In this document: piece by piece, positions 23,292 to 35,611 of the stretch
Layout of the letters: every line of letters starts with the position of its first letter
Position numbering within the stretch: the stretch's first letter is position 1
NCBI GenBank assembly: GCA_945897555.1
Contig: CAMDGF010000007.1
Coordinates: 444-64,443, forward strand
Source of the DNA: Klebsiella pneumoniae
Lineage (GTDB): Bacteria > Pseudomonadota > Gammaproteobacteria > Burkholderiales > UBA3065
Direction: 5' to 3'
Length of the DNA: 64,000 bases
Position numbers and translations under genes: made by a program
Notes under the pieces: model-generated
What the model was told of the DNA's origin: nothing
Database searches by the model: none
What the model saw: the letters and a program-made list of their open reading frames with translations, nothing else

Positions 23292-24125
23292 ATGCTCTAC
23301 CCCGACCTGTTCAAATCGTTGGAAAAAGCCCGCTGGGACATGGCGGAGGACGTGCCTTGGGATGCGTTCGACAGCCAATTGCTGACCGACGAGCAGGCGC
23401 GCACCATCAAGTACAACGCCATCACCGAGTGGGCGGCGCTGCCGGCCACGGAGATGTTCCTGCGCGACAACCGCCATGATTCCGACTTCTCGGCTTTCAT
23501 GAGCATCTGGTTCTACGAGGAGCAGAAGCACTCGCTGGTGATGATGGAGTACCTGCGGCGCTTCAGGCCCGATCTGGCGCCGACCGAGGCTGAACTGCAC
23601 GCGGTGCGCTTTGAGTTCGATCCGGCGCCTCCGCTCGAGACATTGATGCTGCATTTTTGCGGTGAGGTACGGCTGACCCAGTGGTATCGGCGAGCGTCCG
23701 AATGGCACACCGAGCCGGTGATCAAGCACATCTACGACCTGCTTTCCCGCGACGAGGCCCGTCACGGCGGTGCTTACCTCAAGTTCATGCGGCGCGCCAT
23801 CGAGCGGGCTGGCAATGATGCGCGCGCCGCGTTCGCCAAGATCGGCATGCTGATGGCGAGTCCGCGCCGTGCCGGCAAACCGATGCATCCCACCAACCTG
23901 CACGTCAACGAATCTTTGTTTCCCAACGACACGGTGCAGAGCCGTTTGCCGGACCCTGAGTGGCTCGAGCACTGGCTCGACGAGCAGATCCGCTTTGACG
24001 ACGAGTGCGAGCGCCGCGTCACCGGCGGCATCCTGCGCAATCTCTCCAGCCTGTTCGAGCAGACCTTCGAGACCGTGCAGGACCTCAACCGCTACCGCAA
24101 GTCACTGGCGGTTGCCGCCACTTAG
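23292..24125 (+). CDS. ferritin-like di-iron protein, soluble acyl-ACP-desaturase-like
   Basis: ORF 23289 (GTG) / ATG 23292. Two E-x-x-H-type motifs, WFYEEQKHS and SRDEARHGG, spaced as in the FA_desaturase_2 fold. Function not established. Confidence 0.7.
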   Translation: MLYPDLFKSLEKARWDMAEDVPWDAFDSQLLTDEQARTIKYNAITEWAALPATEMFLRDNRHDSDFSAFMSIWFYEEQKHSLVMMEYLRRFRPDLAPTEAELHAVRFEFDPAPPLETLMLHFCGEVRLTQWYRRASEWHTEPVIKHIYDLLSRDEARHGGAYLKFMRRAIERAGNDARAAFAKIGMLMASPRRAGKPMHPTNLHVNESLFPNDTVQSRLPDPEWLEHWLDEQIRFDDECERRVTGGILRNLSSLFEQTFETVQDLNRYRKSLAVAAT

Positions 24126-24598
24126 AACGGGACGTCGTCCTCAAAGCTGTCGTAGGGGTCGCCGCCGGCTGCTGTCGTGGCAGCAGATTTGCTTGCAGGC
24201 TTGGCGCTGCTGCGTGCCGGGGCTTCACCGTCATCACTGCTGCCACCCATGCCACCGCCCTCGCGGCTGCCGAGCATCTGCATCACGTCGCCGCGCACTT
24301 CGGTGCTGTAGCGGTCGGCACCGGTCTCTTTGTCTTGCCACTTGCGCGTCTGCAGGCGGCCCTCGATATAGACCGAGCGGCCCTTGCGCAGGTATTCGCC
24401 CGCGATCTCGGCGAGCTTGTCGAACAGCACCACCGAGTGCCATTCGGTCAGCTCCTTTTTCTCGCCGCTGGCCTTGTCCTTCCAAGATTCGGTGGTGGCC
24501 AGACGCAGATTGCAAACGGCCGAGCCACTGGGCAGGTAGCGCACTTCGGGGTCGCGGCCGAGGTTGCCGATGAGGATCACTTTGTTGACGGAAGCCAT
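24122..24598 (-). CDS. ssb: single-stranded DNA-binding protein
   Basis: 158 aa. [27 protein letters not shown]-fold, a Gly-rich linker and the acidic tip DDVPF. Confidence 0.95.
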   Translation of the reverse strand: MASVNKVILIGNLGRDPEVRYLPSGSAVCNLRLATTESWKDKASGEKKELTEWHSVVLFDKLAEIAGEYLRKGRSVYIEGRLQTRKWQDKETGADRYSTEVRGDVMQMLGSREGGGMGGSSDDGEAPARSSAKPASKSAATTAAGGDPYDSFEDDVPF

Positions 24599-24628
24599 GT
24601 CTGTCTCCAGTTGGATGGGGTTGCGGGC

Positions 24629-25891
24629 TCAGCCGGCCGGCTGCGTCCCGGAGGTGTGTCGCGGCGGGGCAGCAGGCATGCCCAGTGCAGCGATGAGCCA
24701 GATACTAGTGACCACTGAGCAGAATGCGAATACGGCAGATGACCCATGGTGCTGGTACAGCCAGCCGCCGATCGCCCCGCCGAGGAAGGTGCCGATGAAC
24801 TGCAGCGTGGCGTAGAGCCCGCTGGCCGAGCCGCGCGCACCGGCGGGCGCGAAGCGCGAGATCATCGACGGCAGTTGCGCTTCGAGGATGTTGAAGGCGA
24901 CGAAGTAGGCCAGCAGCGCGCCGACCACCAACGCCAACCCAGCGCCCGCAGCGAAGCCCAGCACCACTTGTGTGGCCAGCAACAATGTGATGCCACCCAG
25001 CATCACAGCCTTGCCCTTGCCGCGCCTCTCTGCCAGCACCAATGCGGGGATCATCAGCACCACGGCAGCGATCATTGCGGCCAGGTACACCTGCCAGTGG
25101 CGGTCCTCGGCCAAGCCGGCGTCGCGCATCATGAGAGGCACCACCACGAACAGCGCCATCAGCGTGAGGTGCAACGCGAACACGCCGATGTTCAGCCGGT
25201 TGAGCGCGGGGATGCGGATCACCTCGGCAAATGCTACGGGAACCGGACCGCTGCGGTTCACCGCCGGCACCACGCGGCCCACTGCCAGCAGCGCGCCGAA
25301 GGCGAGCACGCCGGTGAGGGCGAAGATGCCCGGCACGCCGATGCCGCGCTCCAGCACCGGCCCCAGCGCCAACGAACCCGCGAACGTCAGCCCGATGGTC
25401 ACGCCGATGAAGGCCATCGCCTTGCCGCGATGCCGCTCGTCGATGACATCCGCTACGCAGGCCAGCACCACGCCGGAGATGGCACCGGCGCCCTGCAATG
25501 CACGGCCGACCGTGACCCAGAACAGGTCAGGTGCCCAAGCAGCCAGTGCACTGCCGAGGGCGAACAGCGAGAGCCCGAAGTACAGCACCGGACGCCGGCC
25601 GATGCGGTCGGAGATCCAGCCGAAGGGGATCTGCAGCGCGCCTTGCGTGAGCCCATAGATGCCCAGTGCCAAACCGACGCGGGTGTGGTCCTCGCCCCCC
25701 GGGAGCGTGGTGGCATAGAGCGCGAAGACCGGCAGGATGACGAACAGGCCGAACAGGCGCAGCGCCGAGATGGATGCCAGCCAAGCGGTGGCGCGCATCT
25801 CGCTGCCGGGCATGCGTGCGGGTGCTTCGGCTCCGGCCTGAGCGGCGGGCGACGGGGCGATGCCGACAGGTTGGGGGCGGTTGGTGTTCAT
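24629..25891 (-). CDS. MFS transporter
   Basis: Trimmed to ATG 25891 (MNTNRPQPVG...). About 12 predicted TM segments and a GxxSDRxGRR motif (GWISDRIGRRP). Sits between uvrA and ssb. Confidence 0.85.
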   Translation of the reverse strand: MNTNRPQPVGIAPSPAAQAGAEAPARMPGSEMRATAWLASISALRLFGLFVILPVFALYATTLPGGEDHTRVGLALGIYGLTQGALQIPFGWISDRIGRRPVLYFGLSLFALGSALAAWAPDLFWVTVGRALQGAGAISGVVLACVADVIDERHRGKAMAFIGVTIGLTFAGSLALGPVLERGIGVPGIFALTGVLAFGALLAVGRVVPAVNRSGPVPVAFAEVIRIPALNRLNIGVFALHLTLMALFVVVPLMMRDAGLAEDRHWQVYLAAMIAAVVLMIPALVLAERRGKGKAVMLGGITLLLATQVVLGFAAGAGLALVVGALLAYFVAFNILEAQLPSMISRFAPAGARGSASGLYATLQFIGTFLGGAIGGWLYQHHGSSAVFAFCSVVTSIWLIAALGMPAAPPRHTSGTQPAG

Positions 25892-25937
25892 GCTCGTTAG
25901 AAAGCTAATATTAACAGTTTGAGTTCGGGCCCCCTCC

Positions 25938-28757
<2,820 letters not shown>

Positions 28758-28764
28758 TCCGGCC

Positions 28765-29310
28765 TCAGCGCCCCGCTTGCAGCTGCGTCAGCGTCCCCTC
28801 AACGGTGGTATCGCCCACCGCGAACCAGATCAACCCATCCTGCACCGTGACCTGCACCGCCATGTTGCGCGCGGCGCAGGCGGCCAAGGCGCGGCTCAGA
28901 TCCTGCGGCACCTCGAACACGCGCAGGTTGGCGAGCCGCGCCAGGGGCTCGCGGTTCTGTTGCCACCACACGCTCACCGCGCGGCCACCGTAGGCGTACA
29001 GCACCACTTGGCGCGCGCGGCCGGCGGCGCGGCGCAACAAGCGCTCGTCCGGCAGGCCGACCTCGGCCCACAACTGCAGGTTGCCGGCGAGGTCGTGTTG
29101 CCAGAGTGTCGCTTCGTCGTCGGAGGAGATGCCGCGACCAAAGGCCAGACCCTCGCCGATGTTCAGGGCGTAGGCGAGTAGGCGGACCATGAGGCGCTCT
29201 TCGGTCTCGGAGGGGTGCAGCGCCAGCGAGAGCGCCTGCGACTCGAAGACCTGACGGTCGAGATCGCTGACCTGCAGGTCGGCCTTGTGGATGGTGGAAC
29301 GAAGAGCCAT
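28765..29310 (-). CDS. yaeQ: YaeQ-family protein
   Basis: 181 aa, collinear with E. coli YaeQ (MALRSTIHKADLQVSDLDR...HPSETEERLMVRLLAY...WWQQN...VQDGLIW). Confidence 0.88.
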   Translation of the reverse strand: MALRSTIHKADLQVSDLDRQVFESQALSLALHPSETEERLMVRLLAYALNIGEGLAFGRGISSDDEATLWQHDLAGNLQLWAEVGLPDERLLRRAAGRARQVVLYAYGGRAVSVWWQQNREPLARLANLRVFEVPQDLSRALAACAARNMAVQVTVQDGLIWFAVGDTTVEGTLTQLQAGR

Positions 29311-29358
29311 GCCGGATGGTAGCCGGCGCAGCAGGCCCTTGGGCAGGGCGCAGCCAGC

Positions 29359-30225
29359 TCAGGGCTGTGTGGCGAACCCGGCCAGGCTGGGCACCCCTGC
29401 GATCGGGGCATTCGCGGAAGGCCGCAGCTGCCCGGCCATCTGCAGGGTCTGTCCGACACGCGCGCTGAACGCATCCGACGAGACCATGACATTGCGATGC
29501 TTGCGCATATAGGCCGGCAGGGGCTCATCGACCGGGTTGCTGCGATAGCTTGCCACCCCGACGACCGTCCAGCGGCTGTCGATCAACTCGAGCAGAGGCC
29601 CACCCGACGCACCCTTCTCGAACGCGCAGTCGACGCCGACGATGGGGAAGATCGGGCCGTAATCCCATGCGTGGCAGCCCCGTTCGAAAGTCACGCCACC
29701 CAGCGGCCGGCGCGACTGCGGATAGCCGGCGAACAGCAACTCGCCGTAGCCATTGCGCGCCTTTTCGCCGGCACGTGCGATGTCTGCATGACCGACCTCG
29801 CGGCCCAGACAATCGTCAAGTTGTAGCAGCGCCCAATCTTCAGATTGTCCGCGCAGCGACCAGCGGCTGAACTCGCCCCAAAGCACCGGTCGTGCCAGTG
29901 TGCTGCGGCGAAAGCTGCCCGGCTTGTCCGGGTCGGGGTCGAGCATGAAACGCGACAACACCAGGCCCGAGGGCTTGTTGAGATTGCCGTCACGGCGAAA
30001 GAAGGTGGAGTGATAGGCGCTGAGGATGTGGCATTCGCCCACCAGCACGGCGCTTCCTGTCTGAAAGTTCTCGCGCTCGCTGTAGAGCTGCCCGACCCAG
30101 CGCAGCGGGTCGCTGTCAGCCGCTGCCTGTTCACGACGATCGACACCGAACACGTTCGCCGTCGCCCACGCGGGCAACAAGCCGAGCGTGAGTGCGAACA
30201 GTTGGGCCAAGGCGATGCGGGTCAT
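29359..30225 (-). CDS. secreted trypsin-like (S1 family) serine protease
   Basis: The ORF-track GTG 30231 was replaced by ATG 30225, which has GGAGG 5 nt upstream. Signal peptide MTRIALAQLFALTLGLLPAWATA. Catalytic-type motifs: His context GECHILSAYH and Ser context EKGASGGPLL. Confidence 0.75.
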   Translation of the reverse strand: MTRIALAQLFALTLGLLPAWATANVFGVDRREQAAADSDPLRWVGQLYSERENFQTGSAVLVGECHILSAYHSTFFRRDGNLNKPSGLVLSRFMLDPDPDKPGSFRRSTLARPVLWGEFSRWSLRGQSEDWALLQLDDCLGREVGHADIARAGEKARNGYGELLFAGYPQSRRPLGGVTFERGCHAWDYGPIFPIVGVDCAFEKGASGGPLLELIDSRWTVVGVASYRSNPVDEPLPAYMRKHRNVMVSSDAFSARVGQTLQMAGQLRPSANAPIAGVPSLAGFATQP

Positions 30226-30364
30226 GGACACCTCCGGTCAAGGACGGGATGCGTCGATTCAGCATAGCGAATCTGGCGGCGTCTGCCACCCCCTGAACGA
30301 TGCTGATTGTTACAAACGTTCGTGCGCCGGCGTGGCGATGGTTTCTGGGCGGCATGGGTCGCGT

Positions 30365-31309
30365 TCAATGGGCGCCCACAAAGCTGCAAACATCCGCGAG
30401 CACCGGCGCGATCGGGCGCAGTGGTCGGCCAAAGGCGCCGACCACGGTGTAATGGTTGGCACGGGCGTAGTAGCGCTCGGTTACGGGCACACCGAGTGCG
30501 CGCAGCCGCTGGGACAGCCCGCCGGTGTTCACCCCGGGGTAGACGATGTGGTCCTCGCGCGCCGCGACCAGCAGCGCTGGGGGCGCCCCGGCCAGCGCAT
30601 AGAAGATCGGCTGGGTGGCATCGGGCGTGGTGTCGGGATCGTCCGGCGGGTTGAAGATCGCCATCAGCGCACGGTCGATCAGCGGCCGGAAATCGTACGG
30701 ACCGGCGATGCCGACCCAGCCAGCGATCGCTTCTGCCGGCTGTAACGCATGCGGTGCGAGCCAGGTGGTGTCGAGCGCGAGCATCGCCGCGTTGAAGGCG
30801 CCGGCGCTGTGGCCGGCGACGAAGATGCGCGACCGGTCGCCACCGTGGTGGCCGACTTCGCGGCGCAGCCAAGCCAGTGCCGCTGCACTGTCCTCGAGCA
30901 CGCCCGGGTACCGGACCTCGGGGTAGAGCCGGTAGTCGGCCACCGCGGCAAGGATGCCGTGCGATGCCAGCGCCTCGCCGAGGAAACGGTATTCGCTGCG
31001 GTTGCCGCTCTGCCAGCTGCCGCCGTAGAAGAACAGCAGAACCGGCCAGCCTGCGGCCGGCGTGGCGCCGAGCGGCAGGTAGAGGTCGATGCCGTGGCGC
31101 GCGTGGCTCCCATAGGCCTGATCAGCCACAAGGCGGTGGGTATGGTCAGGCGCCAGGCGGTTGAGCGCATCGAGCGGCGCACACCGCCCCCGCAAGCTCT
31201 CGAGGCCGAGGCGGCAAAGACAGCGCAGGGCATCAAGGCGGGACACTTCAGCGCCGCCGGGGGCAGTGCAGAGCGGGGTGGACAGGTCGGGAGACAGGCT
31301 GGCAGACAA
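30365..31309 (-). CDS. alpha/beta hydrolase (carboxylesterase-like)
   Basis: 314 aa. FFYGGSW oxyanion region and VAGHSAGAF nucleophile elbow. The start is a TTG and is uncertain. Confidence 0.72.
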   Translation of the reverse strand: MSASLSPDLSTPLCTAPGGAEVSRLDALRCLCRLGLESLRGRCAPLDALNRLAPDHTHRLVADQAYGSHARHGIDLYLPLGATPAAGWPVLLFFYGGSWQSGNRSEYRFLGEALASHGILAAVADYRLYPEVRYPGVLEDSAAALAWLRREVGHHGGDRSRIFVAGHSAGAFNAAMLALDTTWLAPHALQPAEAIAGWVGIAGPYDFRPLIDRALMAIFNPPDDPDTTPDATQPIFYALAGAPPALLVAAREDHIVYPGVNTGGLSQRLRALGVPVTERYYARANHYTVVGAFGRPLRPIAPVLADVCSFVGAH

Positions 31310-31375
31310 TTGGCAGCGGAGGTGGAGCAGAATCGGGTCAGCGAAGTCTGACCATGCATCTCCCGAGGAGTTTAC

Positions 31376-31765
31376 TTGCCCATGCCCAGCCTGCCTCGCG
31401 CTGCCGTGCCCTTGCCAACCTCGGCCAAGCCGCTCGCGGCCTTATTGCCGATCCTGTTGCTGTGCGGCCTGGGGCTGCCGCTCCCGGCGGCCCTTGCCGA
31501 CGAGGATCCGCTCCAGTTCATCGCTTTCAGCACCGACTTCGATTCCAAGTGCGTGCAGCGCAACGGCGTGATGATCTACATCGCCAACAAGCATCCGAAT
31601 CGCAGCATGCGGCTGGTGCTCGAGCGCTGGTACATGGATAACCGCACCGCTGATCGCGGCAAGTCGCTGCTCAAACCGGGCGAAGAGCCGGAGCCGTTGG
31701 GCTGCTCCAATGTCGAGGGCGGCAAGCAGGAATGGAAGGTGCTCAAGAGCGAGTGGGCGGACTGA
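31376..31765 (+). CDS. small secreted hypothetical protein
   Basis: 129 aa. GAGGAG SD lies 6 nt before TTG 31376, with an ATG at 31382. Signal peptide ...LLPILLLCGLGLPLPAALA|DE. High GC3. I do not recognise a family. Confidence 0.5.
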   Translation: MPMPSLPRAAVPLPTSAKPLAALLPILLLCGLGLPLPAALADEDPLQFIAFSTDFDSKCVQRNGVMIYIANKHPNRSMRLVLERWYMDNRTADRGKSLLKPGEEPEPLGCSNVEGGKQEWKVLKSEWAD

Positions 31766-31775
31766 GCCGCCAGCA

Positions 31776-33563
31776 CTAGGCGCCGAGCCAGCCTTTTCGC
31801 AGCGCCAGCGCGGCCTCGTCGGCAGCCTCCATCAGTGTGAGCACGCAGGTGTCGGGCTCGGGCGCCACCGGCACGATCTCGCCGCCGCGCAGGCGGCCGT
31901 CGCGCGCGCTGTGCAGGGCGATCGGCACGCCGGGTGCCAGCGCCTTCAGCACGTCTGGCAGCGTCGCCGCATCGACCCGCCAGCCGTCGAGCCCGATCAC
32001 CTCATCGCCGGGCGCCAGACCCGCGCGCTGCGCCGGGCCTCCGGGCAGCACTGTCTTGACCCGGGCCGCACCAGCCTTTTCGAACTTTGCGCCGAGCGTC
32101 ACCGGGTCGGCCTTGTCGTCGGACTCGCCGACGCGCCACCGCCAATCCACGCCGAAGGCCGGCGTCTGCTGGTCGAGCGGCAGCCCGTCGGTGCCGCGCA
32201 GCGCGCGCTCAAAGAAGCCACCCAGCTCCAGACCGCTCACCGCCTCGGCCAGCGCCTCGAAGTCACCGTCGTGCAGCGGTGCTTCGGCGTGCTGCGCCCA
32301 CAGCGCCTGCATCACCGTGTCGAGGGAGACCCGTCCAGCAGTGGCGCGCCGCAGGTGCAGGTCGAGCGCGAGTGCCACCAGCGCGCCCTTGGCGTAGTAG
32401 CTCACCGTGGCGTTGGGGCTGTTCTCGTCCGGCCGGTAGTACTTGATCCAGGCATCCAGGCTGGCATCCTCCAGCGTCTGCGCGCGATGGCCGGGCAGGC
32501 TGTAGACACGACTGATGGTCTCCGCCACGAGCTTGAGGTAGGTCGGTGCGTCGATCACGCCGGCGCGCAACAGAGCGAGGTCGTCGAAGTAGGAGGTGAA
32601 GCCTTCGAACAGCCAGAGTTGGCGCGTGAGGTTCTCGCGCGTCAGATCGTAGGGCGCAAAGTCCGCCGGCTTGATGCGCTTGACCAGCCAGCTGTGGAAG
32701 TATTCGTGGCTGAAGAGACCGAGCAGGCCGCGGTAGCCTTTTTCGTCGTGGCCGTGTGCGCGAGGCAGGTGGTCGCGTTGCACGATGAGGCTGGTGCTGG
32801 CGCGATGCTCCAGCCCGCCATAGCCATCGCGCGTGGCCAGGCACAAGAAGTCGTAGCGTGGGAAGGGCGCGGTCCCACCAAAAAGATCGATCTGCCATTC
32901 GCAGATCTTCTGCACCTCGCTGGCGAGACGGTCGAGGTCGACGCCGTGCTCGCTGTGACTGCCGCTCAGCACGATGCGGTGCGGTGTGCCGCGAGCCTCG
33001 AAATGCACCGCCCGCCACGCCGCGATCTCCACCGGGTGGTCGATGAGCTCGTCGTAATCGGCGGCAACATAGGTGCCAAAGCCATCGGCGTCGACCTCGG
33101 CGGCGGTCATGGCCGTGGCCACCCGCCAGCCGGAGGCGCAGGCGTCGGCGATGCGCTCGATGCGCAGTTGCTGCGGGCCGTTCTGTTGGCCCTCGACCCA
33201 AGGCAGTAGGGCGGCTCCGTTGAAATAGGCGCGGTGGTCGTCGACCCAGGCCCCTCGCACCGACAGATCGTGGGCATAGACGAAGAACTCGACCCGCAAC
33301 GGGCCGCTGCAGGGCGCTGCCAGCCAGGTCTGCTTGTCGACCTTGGTGATCGTCACAGGCCCCTCGAGCCCATGAGCATGGACGCGGACGACGTGCCGGG
33401 CGTACTCGCGCACCAGATAGCTGCCCGGTATCCACACCGGCAAGCAGAAGCGCTGGCCTTCGGCGGCAGTGTGTTCTACCGTGACCTGAACACGCCAGAT
33501 GTGGCCGCGCGGGTCATCGATGCGCAGCGTGTACAGAGGGGGGGTGCAGGTGAGGGGTTTCAA
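31776..33563 (-). CDS. M61-family glycyl aminopeptidase with C-terminal PDZ domain
   Basis: HEYFHSW zinc motif, the VWIPGSYLVREYARH N-domain and a PDZ-like C-terminus (GLAPGDEVIGLDGW). The 5' end is unresolved among TTG 33563, ATG 33617 and GTG 33653. Confidence 0.8.
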   Translation of the reverse strand: MKPLTCTPPLYTLRIDDPRGHIWRVQVTVEHTAAEGQRFCLPVWIPGSYLVREYARHVVRVHAHGLEGPVTITKVDKQTWLAAPCSGPLRVEFFVYAHDLSVRGAWVDDHRAYFNGAALLPWVEGQQNGPQQLRIERIADACASGWRVATAMTAAEVDADGFGTYVAADYDELIDHPVEIAAWRAVHFEARGTPHRIVLSGSHSEHGVDLDRLASEVQKICEWQIDLFGGTAPFPRYDFLCLATRDGYGGLEHRASTSLIVQRDHLPRAHGHDEKGYRGLLGLFSHEYFHSWLVKRIKPADFAPYDLTRENLTRQLWLFEGFTSYFDDLALLRAGVIDAPTYLKLVAETISRVYSLPGHRAQTLEDASLDAWIKYYRPDENSPNATVSYYAKGALVALALDLHLRRATAGRVSLDTVMQALWAQHAEAPLHDGDFEALAEAVSGLELGGFFERALRGTDGLPLDQQTPAFGVDWRWRVGESDDKADPVTLGAKFEKAGAARVKTVLPGGPAQRAGLAPGDEVIGLDGWRVDAATLPDVLKALAPGVPIALHSARDGRLRGGEIVPVAPEPDTCVLTLMEAADEAALALRKGWLGA

Positions 33564-33573
33564 GGTCTGTTCG

Positions 33574-34809
33574 ATGCTTGCACAGTGGTTCCGGGGAGGT
33601 GGGCGAGTTGCCGGCATCGATCGCCGCAGCACGCTCGGGCGCAAGGCTAGCACGCGGGTCGGCGGCCCGCCGCAGACCGTCGCCGAGGGGCAAGAACCTC
33701 AACAGCGGCGCTGCTGGCGTGCCCTGCTCGGCCTGTTGGCCATCGTCGCGCCCAGCACCCACGCCGACGAGACCGGTGGCATCTCCCGTCTGCGTGTGCC
33801 GCAGGGCCACACCATCGAGGTGTACGCCACTGGCGTGAGCAACGCGCGACAGATGGCGTTGCTGCCGTCCGGGGCGCTGTTGGTGGGCTCGCGTGACGCT
33901 GGCGTGGTCACAGCGGTGCTGCCCGGTGCAGCCCTGGCCGAGCGTCGGGTGCTCACGTTGCTGTCGGGGCTGGAGATGCCCACCGGCATCGCTGTGCACG
34001 GTGGCGACCTCTACATCGCCGACATCTCGCGTATCTACCGCGTTGCCAACGTCGAGGCGCGTATCGCCGAGCTGGCGCGTGGCGGACCCCGTGTCAAGCC
34101 GGAACTGGTCAACGACCGCCTGCCAGCCGACACCCACCATGGTTGGCGCTATCTGCGCATCGACGAGCAGGGGCGGCTCATCGTGCCGATCGGCGCGCCG
34201 TGCAATGTGTGCGACCGCGATGCCGACGGCTACGCGCAGATCGTGCGCATGCAGCCGGATGGCAGCCAGCGTGAGGTGTTGGCGCGCGGCGTGCGCAACT
34301 CGGTCGGCTTTGCCGTGGAGCCCGGCACGGGCCATCTGTGGTTCACCGACAACGGTCGCGACTGGCTCGGCGATGATCTGCCCAGCTGCGAACTCAACCG
34401 GCTCACCGAAGTCGGCCAACATTTCGGCTTTCCGTTCTGCCACGAAGGCGCGGTGCCCGATCCCAAGTATGGCCGCGGGCGCGCTTGCAGCGAGTTCGTG
34501 GCGCCTGTGGCCAAACTCGGTCCGCATGTGGCACCCCTGGGCATCACCTTCTGGGGCGGCGATGCGGTGGTGGCGCTGCACGGTTCGTGGAACCGCTCGC
34601 GCAAATCGGGCTACAAGGTGGTGCGAGTGGTGTTGGACCGCAAGCCGTCTGGCAGCCTCGTACAGCGCGTCGACGATCTGGTCACCGGCTGGCTGCAAGG
34701 CGAATACGCCTGGGGGCGCCCGGCCGATGTTCTGGCCATGCCCGATGGCAGTCTGCTCATCGCCGACGACAAGCAGGGGCTGATCTACCGACTCTCCGGG
34801 CGGCTCTAA
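33574..34809 (+). CDS. PQQ-dependent sugar (sorbosone/glucose) dehydrogenase-like beta-propeller protein
   Basis: Motifs [30 protein letters not shown] and [12 protein letters not shown], with a signal-like segment [23 protein letters not shown] 33574 is the only canonical start upstream of that segment. The start is uncertain. Confidence 0.72.
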   Translation: MLAQWFRGGGRVAGIDRRSTLGRKASTRVGGPPQTVAEGQEPQQRRCWRALLGLLAIVAPSTHADETGGISRLRVPQGHTIEVYATGVSNARQMALLPSGALLVGSRDAGVVTAVLPGAALAERRVLTLLSGLEMPTGIAVHGGDLYIADISRIYRVANVEARIAELARGGPRVKPELVNDRLPADTHHGWRYLRIDEQGRLIVPIGAPCNVCDRDADGYAQIVRMQPDGSQREVLARGVRNSVGFAVEPGTGHLWFTDNGRDWLGDDLPSCELNRLTEVGQHFGFPFCHEGAVPDPKYGRGRACSEFVAPVAKLGPHVAPLGITFWGGDAVVALHGSWNRSRKSGYKVVRVVLDRKPSGSLVQRVDDLVTGWLQGEYAWGRPADVLAMPDGSLLIADDKQGLIYRLSGRL

Positions 34810-35525
34810 GCGGCCGTGCCACCGATCTCCGCAAGGATCGCGGCCAATGCCGCAGCCGGGTCGGCCGCAGCCGTGATCGGGCGGCCGATCACCAGATCGT
34901 CGGCGCCATTGGCAAGGGCCTGTGCCGGCGTGCTGATGCGCTTCTGATCACCGACATCGCTGCCGGCAGGGCGGATACCCGGGGTCACGCAACGAAAGTC
35001 GGCGCCGCAAGCCACCTTGATCTCGGTGGCCTCGAGTGCCGAACAGACGACGCCGTCGAGGCCGCAGGCGGCAGCGAGTCGCGCCAGCCGCAAGGCCTGC
35101 GTACGCGGCTCCATGTCGAGGCCGATGCCAGCCAAGTCTTCGCGCGTCATGCTGGTGAGCACCGTCACCGCGATCAGCAGGGGCTTCGGCGCGTCGGTTG
35201 CAGGATGTGCGTCGATCGCCGCGCGTGCGGCGCGCAGCATGGTCTCGCCGCCACTGGCGTGCACGTTCAGCATCCACACGCCCAGCTCCGCTGCGGCCTG
35301 GCAGGCGCTGGCCACGGTGTTGGGGATGTCGTGGTACTTGAGGTCGAGGAAGACCCCGAAGCCCATGGCCGTGAGTTGCCGTACCAGTTCGGGCCCGGCG
35401 GCGGTGAACAAGCCCTTGCCCACCTTGAGGCGGCATTGCTGCGGGTCGAGCTGTTTGGCCAGCGACAGTGCGGGTTCGGCGCTGGCGTGGTCGAGCGCCA
35501 CGATGATGCGAGGTTCGTTGGCCAT
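34806..35525 (-). CDS. pyrF: orotidine-5'-phosphate decarboxylase
   Basis: Trimmed to ATG 35525: [13 protein letters not shown]...[10 protein letters not shown]...[13 protein letters not shown], 239 aa. Confidence 0.92.
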   Translation of the reverse strand: MANEPRIIVALDHASAEPALSLAKQLDPQQCRLKVGKGLFTAAGPELVRQLTAMGFGVFLDLKYHDIPNTVASACQAAAELGVWMLNVHASGGETMLRAARAAIDAHPATDAPKPLLIAVTVLTSMTREDLAGIGLDMEPRTQALRLARLAAACGLDGVVCSALEATEIKVACGADFRCVTPGIRPAGSDVGDQKRISTPAQALANGADDLVIGRPITAAADPAAALAAILAEIGGTAA

Positions 35526-35611
35526 GTTGGCGGGTCCGGTCTTGTAAACAGGGCTCAGCCTACGCGAACCGGGCGGCCCAAGTGTGACCATCGGCCGCAA
35601 TGTGGTGGTGG

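Noticed and set aside
25892-25937. Possible LexA (SOS) box in the uvrA / MFS-ssb divergent promoter region (gaaagCTAATATTAACAGttt).
   Set aside because: Only the right half-site (ACAG) is present. No CTGT-N8-ACAG or CTG-N10-CAG can be aligned within the 46-bp spacer.
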